From assembly GCF_013393945.1 (NCBI RefSeq), contig NZ_CP040297.1, positions 5,651,296-5,683,295 on the forward strand: a stretch of DNA of 32,000 nt, given 5' to 3'. The notes beneath the pieces are model-generated. The model had not been told where the DNA came from, searched no databases, and saw nothing but the letters and a program-made list of their open reading frames with translations. Source of the DNA: Nostoc sp. TCL26-01. GTDB lineage: Bacteria > Cyanobacteriota > Cyanobacteriia > Cyanobacteriales > Nostocaceae. How positions within the stretch are numbered: position 1 is the stretch's first letter; the number at the start of each line of letters is the position of its first letter. Positions 8,853 to 16,858 of this stretch are shown piece after piece. The translations under genes and the position numbers were made by a program.

Positions 8853-10190
8853 TCATAGCTTGAGATGAGGATATCCCATTGATGCTTTGCTAGATTGAGC
8901 AGTAGACGACTGATGGGGGTTTTGATTAGAACAGTAAACCCCTTTATGATCTAATTGTAAAGGTGATGATGCTAAGGATGAGGATGACAATGATATTTGT
9001 CGTGGTAATTCAATTTTAAATTTTGAACCTACTTCTAGTTGACTTTCCAAAAAAATTTTCCCACTCATCATTTGCACCAGCGAGTTGATAATGGCTAAAC
9101 CCAACCCCGTACCCGGATATTTGCGGGTGATACTTTGATCAACCTGGCGAAAAGCTTCAAAGATATTTTGAAAATCTTTGGAAGATATGCCAATACCAGT
9201 ATCTCGTACAGCGATCGCTACACGATTTCCTGGTAGGTCTTGTGCCTCAATCCAAATACTACCAGACTCTGTAAACTTAATAGCATTAGATAATAAATTT
9301 ACTAAAATTTGTTTTACACGGACTGGATCATTAAAAATTAAAGAATTTTGTAAATCGATTTGCACTAATAAAGATAACTTTTTTGCTTCAGCCAGAGAAC
9401 GCATTTCTGTAACTGTGGTATGAATTACTTTAGTTAAATCAAATACTTCTGGTTGTAGCTCTAATCCTCCCTCCTGCAACTTAGAAAAATCTAAAACCTC
9501 ATTCAGTAACATTAATAAATGTTTACCATTATTCAGGATACGTTCTACCATATCCGTTTGCTGATTGGTCAATTGACCAAATTTAGGACGTAATAATATT
9601 TGGGAAAACCCAATGATGGCATTCATCGGTGTTCGCAGTTCATGGGACATGGTAGCCAGAAACTGAGATTTTAGCCTGGATGCTTCTAATAATTTTAAAT
9701 TTTGGCTGTGAATTTGTTGTCTTTGTCTTTCTAATTCTTGATTCTTCCGTACCAATTGCTCATGGCTTTCCCTCAATTGTTGGTATGCTACATCTGCCTG
9801 AGTTTCTGCACGATAAACCCGGATCGCATTGCGTAACACCTGAGATAAAGTTTCTGAAGAAATCTTAGATTTAGATAGATAATCTGTAGCACCAGCTTTC
9901 ATCAACTCCACAGCGATTTGTTCATCACCTTGAGCCGTGAGAACTACTAAAGGTACTTTAATGTCCCAAGAACGTAGTATTTGAATTAAGGTTAAGCCAT
10001 CTTGATCTGGTAAACGATAATCGAGGAAAACACAATCATAAGTATTATTTCTTAAGGTAGAAAGTGCGGTATTTCCGTCACTTACCTCTGATAGTTCCAT
10101 CTGCACACCTGCTTTGAGCAAGGCACGACGAACCACCATGCGATCTACCTCATCATCGTCTACAACCAAAATTTTCAGCGTCTGTTCCAT
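8853..10190 (-). CDS. hybrid receiver-histidine kinase (REC-coiled coil-HisKA-HATPase)
   Basis: 445-aa ORF. The receiver has VDDDEVD, VFLDYRLPDQDG and YLSKS. It is followed by the H-box MSHELRTPMN, the N-box NLLSNAIKFT, and DTGIGI and GTGLGL. It lies 16 nt upstream of the 7718-8836 gene on the same strand. Confidence 0.9.
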   Translation of the reverse strand: MEQTLKILVVDDDEVDRMVVRRALLKAGVQMELSEVSDGNTALSTLRNNTYDCVFLDYRLPDQDGLTLIQILRSWDIKVPLVVLTAQGDEQIAVELMKAGATDYLSKSKISSETLSQVLRNAIRVYRAETQADVAYQQLRESHEQLVRKNQELERQRQQIHSQNLKLLEASRLKSQFLATMSHELRTPMNAIIGFSQILLRPKFGQLTNQQTDMVERILNNGKHLLMLLNEVLDFSKLQEGGLELQPEVFDLTKVIHTTVTEMRSLAEAKKLSLLVQIDLQNSLIFNDPVRVKQILVNLLSNAIKFTESGSIWIEAQDLPGNRVAIAVRDTGIGISSKDFQNIFEAFRQVDQSITRKYPGTGLGLAIINSLVQMMSGKIFLESQLEVGSKFKIELPRQISLSSSSLASSPLQLDHKGVYCSNQNPHQSSTAQSSKASMGYPHLKL

Positions 10191-11276
10191 CGGTTTTTAT
10201 TTTCGCTGCCAAATACAGGTTGACATACAACATTTTTGATTTACAGTCATCTACTCAAAAGTTGATATTTTAGATAAATGATTGATTAATACTAACTTTC
10301 TACTTGACAAAAATTAATTGTTATCTCCTTTAATAATATCAGTTTATGTAATTAACAATTTGATTACCATAAACCATTACTTAAGAGGTAAATCAAATAA
10401 TCAATCTTATTATTTATCTACAGCTTGAAGATTTATGGTAAGGATACATCTGTCAGAATACAGGAGTTAGGATAGTTCAAATTCTCATATTTGATGAGTA
10501 AGCTAATATTTCTCAACCCTGATTAATTCTGACTTCTGACTCCTGGGTGCTGAATTCTTAGGATTCATGATATGAATCTTGTCATCATATGTTAACCATG
10601 ATTACTAATACTTTTTGTATTAAAACTATGTTTTTGAGTCAGATTGAGACAAGTAAATGAACAATTGTTGATTAATTAATTATTCATTCAGCCAGCCACA
10701 AATACTATCTGGGATGACAGACCCGACACTGACCAAGTAAAATAGAACACCCTATCAAGCTTCATCCCAATTGTAAAAGAGCAAGTTAACACACGTCCTC
10801 ACCCATTAGTGAGAGTTGGAGAAAAACATTGTGTACCATCAACTTGAGCAGTTTTACGCTCTCAAGCGTGAGGATCAACTCAAGTAAAATGCTTTTCTCG
10901 TCTGGAAAACAGACTCTAGATTAATCCCACCGATCCTATTCTACAAATCAGTTGCCTAAATCCTGGACTAATCACAGTGTTTTCTGGGCTATTTTTAGTT
11001 GTCAGGTTGGGAAAATCACAAAAACCTGATCTTCTTATCTCCAAACAATCACAGATCCATCATCTGTTACAATTGGGGGGAGTATGGGAGGTAAGTCTAA
11101 GAGTTAGAATCTGAAAATAAACAGATTCCCACATTTAGTTTTATTGACATTAAGTCGTAGGAGTCTAAGATCGTTTTTTTGTCCCAAATATCTGTTGTCT
11201 TGTTTAACCGCTATTAATACTTTCTTTGCCATATCGTAGGAATCTGCTTTGATTATTAAACTGATCTGCGTAGTCA

Positions 11277-11300
11277 GGCAATAGGCAATAGGTAATAGGG
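11277..11300. repeat. short heptamer array (GGCAATA GGCAATA GGTAATA GGG)
   Basis: Tandem 7-mers read directly from the sequence, inside the long intergenic region. Confidence 0.8.
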
Positions 11301-11636
11301 TTCTAGAAAATGAATAGATACGACATTTTGTATGCGTAAGTGCAGGCTACGCCAACAAAAATCAAATAGGAGTCCCACACATGAGTAGTTGATGATTTTT
11401 TACTCCTTGGCAAAAGTTGGATTGTGTCTCAATATTTGACATTTTTTATAAAATAGCGATATGTCTACAGTCAGATTTTTGCCTCTATCAGTACTCAAAA
11501 AAATAAAATTTATTATTTCTATCGGTGGATGCAGACACATTGATATATCATCTATCTTTAGTCTGGGAAAAACATAGAAGTGATTTAAGAAATATCGTAG
11601 TTCGCAAGATGCAATTAGAGAAGAGCGAGTGTAGCA

Positions 11637-12359
11637 ATGAGTGAGATAAGCATTATTTTAATTGAGGATCATGACTTAACTAGAATGGGGCTAAAAGCTG
11701 CTTTACAGTCTAATACAGGGCTGAAGGTGATTGGTGAAGCAGCCAATGCCACTCAAGGGCTAAAACTGTTAGAGACAGCCAAGCCAGATGTAGCTGTTGT
11801 AGATATCGGCTTGCCCGACATGGATGGGATTGAACTCACTCGCAAGTACAGACGCTACCAAGCTGAAAGTGGACAAACCCATACCAAAATTCTCATCTTG
11901 ACAATGGATCATACCGAAGATGCGGTATTGGCTGCCTTTGCCGCCGGTGCAGATTCTTACTATATGAAAGAAACCAGTATTAGCAGGCTGACAGAAGCAA
12001 TTCAGGCAACTTTTGGGGGGAACTCCTGGATTGATCCAGCGATCGCCAATGTGGTATTAAGAAAGATGCGTCAAGGCATCCCCGGTGAAAGTCAAGCCGC
12101 CGACAAACCCAAAACTGTCAAAATTGAAGCGCTACCGTCAGAATACGAGCAAGTTTTAGAAACCTACCCCCTCACACAACGGGAACTAGAAATTCTAGAG
12201 TTGATTGTCGCAGGCTGTAGTAACGGGCAAATTGCCGAGAAACTTTACATCACTGTTGGCACAGTCAAAACCCACGTGCGTAACATCCTCAATAAACTCT
12301 GTGCTGATGACAGAACCCAAGCGGCGGTGCGGGCTTTGCGTTCCGGTTTAGTTGCTTAG
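11637..12359 (+). CDS. NarL/LuxR-family response regulator (REC + LuxR HTH)
   Basis: 240-aa ORF. The receiver has IEDHDL and VAVVDIGLPDMDG. A long linker leads to a C-terminal LuxR-type HTH (LTQRELEILELIVAGCSNGQIAEKLYITVGTVKTHVRNILNKL). Confidence 0.9.
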   Translation: MSEISIILIEDHDLTRMGLKAALQSNTGLKVIGEAANATQGLKLLETAKPDVAVVDIGLPDMDGIELTRKYRRYQAESGQTHTKILILTMDHTEDAVLAAFAAGADSYYMKETSISRLTEAIQATFGGNSWIDPAIANVVLRKMRQGIPGESQAADKPKTVKIEALPSEYEQVLETYPLTQRELEILELIVAGCSNGQIAEKLYITVGTVKTHVRNILNKLCADDRTQAAVRALRSGLVA

Positions 12360-12373
12360 AGAGTCACTCATCA

Positions 12374-13741
12374 CTAGCCAAACCTTTCCCGGAAGCCATC
12401 AGCAATTCGCTTGGCTGCACCGGGTTTACCGAGGCGACGGATACCATTTTCGGCAATTGTGTGTAACCTATCGGGCTGTTTGAGGAGGGCTGGCACGATT
12501 TGAGCGACTTGTGCTGGTTCCTGGGCAAGAATGAGAGATAAGCCTAAGAGTCGGCTTTGGGCTTCGGCAAAACCAGGGTTGAATTGTGGCCCTTCACCAG
12601 GAATAGCGATCGCTGGTTTCCCTAAACCGATAAACTGTTCTGTAGCGGTTCCTGCCATAGCGATCGCTAAATCTCCCCAGTGTAAGCATTCGTTGTATGC
12701 TTGTTGGGTGAGGATAAGGTAGGCATTTCTTTGCTTGAAGATCAACGCATCGTTATCAGGTAAGGGGATGGGTGCGCTTGTGTCGGGTTGCCAGCCTTGA
12801 GATTGGACAGTTTCGGCTAGTATATTTAAGTCTAAACCGGGAGCGATCGCCCCTAAGAATACCACACTGCCAGAACTAGGTAAAATCGTGTCTCGTTCTG
12901 AAAAACTAGCCATCAATGCCGAGATAGCCACCATAATTACTTGCCAATTGTGATAAGCCTCCGGTGGGCGAGAACCAGGTAAGAGAGTGATGACCAATGG
13001 TCTAGCCATCTCTTGATATTGAGCATTAGCCAGATAAAATAACTGTGGAGAAATCCTGGGTTCTAAACCATCCATCATCGGGTTGCCTACATCAAAAGCA
13101 GGAATTGGCCAATTTTTTAAGATTTCTGTTGTCAAACTATCTCTGGGAAACACCGCCCGACAACGGCGACGACTCATCAACCAACGTTCCCAAGGATGGT
13201 AAATGGAACCAGAAAAGTTTTCCCATCGGGCTGATTTTGATTTTCTGGGCAGTATTCCCACCTCATCCCTAACATAATATTCTGACTTCGCCGTGCCTAC
13301 AAAAGCGTAGTTAGCACCACTAAAAAAAGCAAACAGCAGAGGCACTATATCACCCACAGCTAAGATAGCGGTTTTGTTACCTAATTTTTTTTGCGAACTT
13401 ACCCAACGACGCATCGCTTTTATTTGACTCCAGGTAAGTTGTAGCAAACCCCCACGCACATCTCGCACCAATTGCCGACTATCCATATACAGAAAGCCAC
13501 CAGAAGGCAAGGTTTGGACTGCACCAATTAAGGGAATACCTAATTGTTGATAAGCCCTACCTTCTCCCACCAAGGGCAAAGCAAAAATATCAGGTGGGTC
13601 TGTTTGTTGTAATAGTTCTTGCAAAATGCGTACAGCAATCACATCTTCCCCATGCCCATTGCTTAATACTAGTATCTGCAAACGAGGCGTTGCACTGAGT
13701 AAGTTAGCAGCTAGAGATGGTGGGGATAAGTAGTTGGACAC
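12374..13741 (-). CDS. lipid-A-disaccharide synthase-related (LpxB-like) protein
   Basis: 455-aa ORF. The N-terminal ILVLSNGHGEDVIA and C-terminal GTATEQFIGLGKPAIAIPGEGPQF resemble the cyanobacterial LpxB-related family. It is divergent from an Omp85 gene. The family call is from memory. Confidence 0.6.
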   Translation of the reverse strand: MSNYLSPPSLAANLLSATPRLQILVLSNGHGEDVIAVRILQELLQQTDPPDIFALPLVGEGRAYQQLGIPLIGAVQTLPSGGFLYMDSRQLVRDVRGGLLQLTWSQIKAMRRWVSSQKKLGNKTAILAVGDIVPLLFAFFSGANYAFVGTAKSEYYVRDEVGILPRKSKSARWENFSGSIYHPWERWLMSRRRCRAVFPRDSLTTEILKNWPIPAFDVGNPMMDGLEPRISPQLFYLANAQYQEMARPLVITLLPGSRPPEAYHNWQVIMVAISALMASFSERDTILPSSGSVVFLGAIAPGLDLNILAETVQSQGWQPDTSAPIPLPDNDALIFKQRNAYLILTQQAYNECLHWGDLAIAMAGTATEQFIGLGKPAIAIPGEGPQFNPGFAEAQSRLLGLSLILAQEPAQVAQIVPALLKQPDRLHTIAENGIRRLGKPGAAKRIADGFRERFG

Positions 13742-13764
13742 AATTAAATTCTTATGTAGAGATA

Positions 13765-13801
13765 GGTTACAGGTTACAGGTTACAGGTTACAGGTTACAG
13801 G
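13765..13801. repeat. STRR-like heptamer array (GGTTACA x5)
   Basis: Five perfect tandem GGTTACA units in the divergent intergenic region. Confidence 0.95.
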
Positions 13802-13892
13802 AAATAACTTGTGTAATTAATTCTGTCTGATTACTTACATTACTCATAAGCAAGATGGGGGTAGGGTGTAAACAGTGAACAGTGAACGTTTA

Positions 13893-13920
13893 TTAACTGG
13901 TAACTGATAACTGTTAACTG
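13893..13920. repeat. heptamer array (NTAACTG x4), preceded by AACAGTG x2 at 13871-13884
   Basis: The units TTAACTG GTAACTG ATAACTG TTAACTG were read directly from the sequence. Confidence 0.85.
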
Positions 13921-14167
13921 ATTTGTGCTTTGTATGCAGATGTTCATCAGAAACAAAATATCAAAATGACAGGTCTAGGTATGTAATTCGTTATTCTTGA
14001 TTTTTAGTTTGGCTATTGTAGGCTTACACCTACGTAGTAAGGCAAATTCAATACTTATATCAAAAATTAGGCTAATCATAGCGTGGAAATTTCTTTTCTC
14101 CATGCTTATTCCCCATTACCCCTTATCCCCAGAGGGGGTCCCGAGTTCCCCATTCCCCATTCCCAAA

Positions 14168-16186
14168 ATGATGCGCGTTCCTGCTGCGACAATTTTCACT
14201 CTAGTTACTTTAGCCGCTAGCAATGCTACTCAACAAGCCATTGCTGCACCTATGACAGCTGCTACTGAGATTCAACCAACGGAGGATTTAGTGATTCCTG
14301 TAGTGGAAGAAACGCCGACACAGGTTACATCTGTGGCATCACCAGAAACATTAGATACTCCACAATTTTCTCATAAATCTACAGTCATCGCCCAATCAAC
14401 TAATTCTCCTGTTGTACTTCCACCTGCTTCTCCTTCTGTGGTTACACCGTCTCCCCAGCCTGCAACTACGACTAACGATTTAGTGGTGACAGCAACAGAT
14501 GTACAGATAGTAGGGGTAACACCAGAATTAGAGCAAATTATTCGCCAAGTTATCCAAACTCAACTCGGTGGGGATACCAGTCAAAGTCAGCTACAAAAAG
14601 ATGTAGCCGCAATTTTGCAGACTGGCTTATTTGTGAGTGCGAATGTGAATAGCCGCACTACTCCATCTGGCTTGAATGTAGTTTATCAGGTGCAACCCGT
14701 GGTTGTGCGATCGCTGCAATTGACTAATGCTCAAGCCCTTACCTATCAAGTCATTCAACCATCTTTCCAGTCTCAAATCGGTCAACCAATTAGTCCTGTG
14801 GGACTCAAGCAAGCCGTAGCACAAGTCAATCAATGGTATGCCGACAACGGTTATAACTTGGCGCGGGTGTTATCAATTCAACCCAACCGTCAGGGAATTC
14901 TTAACATCAATGTGGCTGAAGGTTTGGTGAGTGATATTCAGTTTCGCTTTGTCAATGATGAGGGGAAACCTGTTGAGGGACGGACTAAACCAGAGTTTCT
15001 GCGGCAACAAATCAAACTCCAATCGGGGCAAGTTTTCCGAGAAAATACGGTTAAGCAAGATGTGCAGAAGTTGTATCAGACTGGCTTATTTCAAAGTGTG
15101 AATGTTGCCTTGGCTGGAGATGCGACAAAATTAGATGTGATTTATGAACTCAAGGAGAATGGGGCGCGGGCGATTAACTTGGGTGGTAGTTATAACGGTG
15201 ATGTAGGCTTGGTGGGGACTTTAAATTATCAAGACCAAAATATTGGTGGTAGGAATGATATTTTAGCGGTGAACTTGGGTTTAAGTACTCAAGATTTACA
15301 GTTTGATACTAAATTTATCAGTCCTTATCGTGACACAAATAGCGATCGCTTGGGTTACACTGTCAACACTTTCCGGCGGCGGGAAATTTCTCAAATCTTT
15401 GATGATCAAATTAAACTAGCTGACGGTGATAAAGTCCGGGAAAGTCAAATTGGTGCAGGTATCAGCTTGCAACGTCCCCTTGAAGGTTGGAATACATCTT
15501 TAGGATTTAATTATACTCGTACAAGTATTAGCGATCGCCAAGGCAAAATCACCCCAACTGATGCTCAAGGCAATCCCTTATCATTTAGTGGTACTGGTGT
15601 TGATGACCTGACAACTGTATCCTTCAGTGCCACCAAAGATCAACGCAATAATCCCAACAACCCCACGCAAGGTTCCCTATTGAGTTTGAGTACAGAACAA
15701 TCTGTACCTCTGGGACAAGGTAACATTTCTATGAATCGCCTGAGAGCAAATTACAGTCAATACGTACCAGTCAAATTATTCAGCAGTCAAACACCGCAAG
15801 TATTCGCCTTGAATTTGCAAGCAGGTACAGTCCTCGGTGATTTACCCCCCTACGAAGCCTTTAACTTGGGTGGTGCTAACTCAGTCCGGGGTTACGATGT
15901 CGGCAATGTGGGTAATGGACGTAGTTATGTACTAGCCTCCGCCGAATACCGTTTTCCCATTGTGCCGATAGTTGGGGGTGTACTATTCGCTGACTTTGCC
16001 TCAGACTTAGGTTCCGGTGACACCGTTTTAGGCAACCCGGCTGGTGTCCGTGGTAAATCTGGTACTGGCTTTGGTTACGGTGCAGGTATCCGTGTCAACT
16101 CACCCTTGGGTTTAATCCGCGCTGATTATGGTATTAACGATCAAGGGGAAAGTCGCGTGCATTTAGGAATAGGACAAAAGTTTTGA
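14168..16186 (+). CDS. Omp85/BamA-family outer-membrane protein assembly factor
   Basis: The start is placed at ATGATG (14168), giving a signal-peptide-like MMRVPAATIFTLVTLAASNATQQAIA. A Pro/Thr/Ser-rich linker, POTRA-like repeats and a beta-barrel ending in ...HLGIGQKF (terminal aromatic residue) follow. The 57 codons upstream in the ORF track run through CCCCATT-type repeats. Confidence 0.85.
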   Translation: MMRVPAATIFTLVTLAASNATQQAIAAPMTAATEIQPTEDLVIPVVEETPTQVTSVASPETLDTPQFSHKSTVIAQSTNSPVVLPPASPSVVTPSPQPATTTNDLVVTATDVQIVGVTPELEQIIRQVIQTQLGGDTSQSQLQKDVAAILQTGLFVSANVNSRTTPSGLNVVYQVQPVVVRSLQLTNAQALTYQVIQPSFQSQIGQPISPVGLKQAVAQVNQWYADNGYNLARVLSIQPNRQGILNINVAEGLVSDIQFRFVNDEGKPVEGRTKPEFLRQQIKLQSGQVFRENTVKQDVQKLYQTGLFQSVNVALAGDATKLDVIYELKENGARAINLGGSYNGDVGLVGTLNYQDQNIGGRNDILAVNLGLSTQDLQFDTKFISPYRDTNSDRLGYTVNTFRRREISQIFDDQIKLADGDKVRESQIGAGISLQRPLEGWNTSLGFNYTRTSISDRQGKITPTDAQGNPLSFSGTGVDDLTTVSFSATKDQRNNPNNPTQGSLLSLSTEQSVPLGQGNISMNRLRANYSQYVPVKLFSSQTPQVFALNLQAGTVLGDLPPYEAFNLGGANSVRGYDVGNVGNGRSYVLASAEYRFPIVPIVGGVLFADFASDLGSGDTVLGNPAGVRGKSGTGFGYGAGIRVNSPLGLIRADYGINDQGESRVHLGIGQKF

Positions 16187-16220
16187 GATGTTGATTAGCA
16201 CGGTGTCCAACGTTCTTTCC

Positions 16221-16308
16221 AACCTAACCCCCAGCCCTTTCCCTACAAGGGAAGGGGAGCAAGAATCAAAGCCTCTCTCCCTGTGGGGGAGAGGTTTGGA
16301 GAGGGGTC
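16221..16308. repeat. G/C-rich double-hairpin dispersed element
   Basis: Two imperfect hairpins, CCCTTTCCCT-ACA-AGGGAAGGGG and CCTCTCTCCC-TGTG-GGGGAGAGG, are followed by TTTGGAGAGGGG. A related GGGGAGAGGGAAGAGGGG stretch occurs at 30826-30850. Confidence 0.6.
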
Positions 16309-16372
16309 AACGAATTACGAATTATTTAGATAAACTGGAGAAAATCAGTATAATTGCGCTTTTATTGAGTTT

Positions 16373-16753
16373 ATGTCATTAACTGCTGCGGCGATCGCTA
16401 TCTTAGTCCTGACTAAAGCTTTTGAAAGAACTGGGGAAATCTTGGGCGAAAAGGTTTTAGAGCAAGGTGGTAAATTATTCTCGCTACTGAAACGCAAAGA
16501 ACCTCACACAGCCGCAGCCATTGAACAGGCACAAACACAACCTTTAGATTATGGTGACGCTTATCTCGTGGGACAGGTAGAAGCAGCCGCAAAAAAAGAC
16601 CCAGAAATTGCTCAAGCTATTGCAGCTTTGGCAGATGCGGTAAAATCTCAACCCGCGATTATCCAGAATTTTACCAACACTGTTGATAAAAATTACGGTG
16701 GTAATGTGGGGAACGTTGCTAATGACAACCGCACCCAAAACTTTAATTTCTGA
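16373..16753 (+). CDS. small helical protein with hydrophobic N-terminal helix and N/G/Q-rich C-terminal tail (candidate NLR-associated effector/adaptor)
   Basis: ATG-initiated 126-aa ORF. It has the head MSLTAAAIAILVLTKAF, an Ala/Glu/Lys/Gln-rich helical body and the tail IIQNFTNTVDKNYGGNVGNVANDNRTQNFNF. Its TGA stop (16751-16753) is in frame with the downstream NB-ARC ORF. Confidence 0.7.
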   Translation: MSLTAAAIAILVLTKAFERTGEILGEKVLEQGGKLFSLLKRKEPHTAAAIEQAQTQPLDYGDAYLVGQVEAAAKKDPEIAQAIAALADAVKSQPAIIQNFTNTVDKNYGGNVGNVANDNRTQNFNF

Positions 16754-16858
16754 CTACAGTCGCCTGAATGGGAACAGGTAAAGTCAAATCCCCCTACTGC
16801 AATACCACACAATTTACCCTGGAGTGGGGTAGAGAAATTTGTCGGACGTGAAACTGAA

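Noticed and set aside
13997-14167. Upstream TTG start that gives the Omp85 protein a 57-residue N-terminal extension.
   Set aside because: The extension runs through CCCCATT-type repeats. The ATGATG at 14168 gives a proper signal peptide.
16188-16382. 64-aa ORF between the Omp85 gene and the NLR-associated small gene.
   Set aside because: It consists of the translated G/C-rich double-hairpin repeat (..SPFPTREGEQESKPLSLWGRGLERG..), a product typical of spurious ORFs over such elements.
16751-16753. In-frame TGA read as selenocysteine.
   Set aside because: I could find no SECIS-like hairpin immediately downstream. The position is a linker rather than a redox site, and heterocystous cyanobacteria are not known to use Sec. 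Nonsense mutation or read-through are more plausible.
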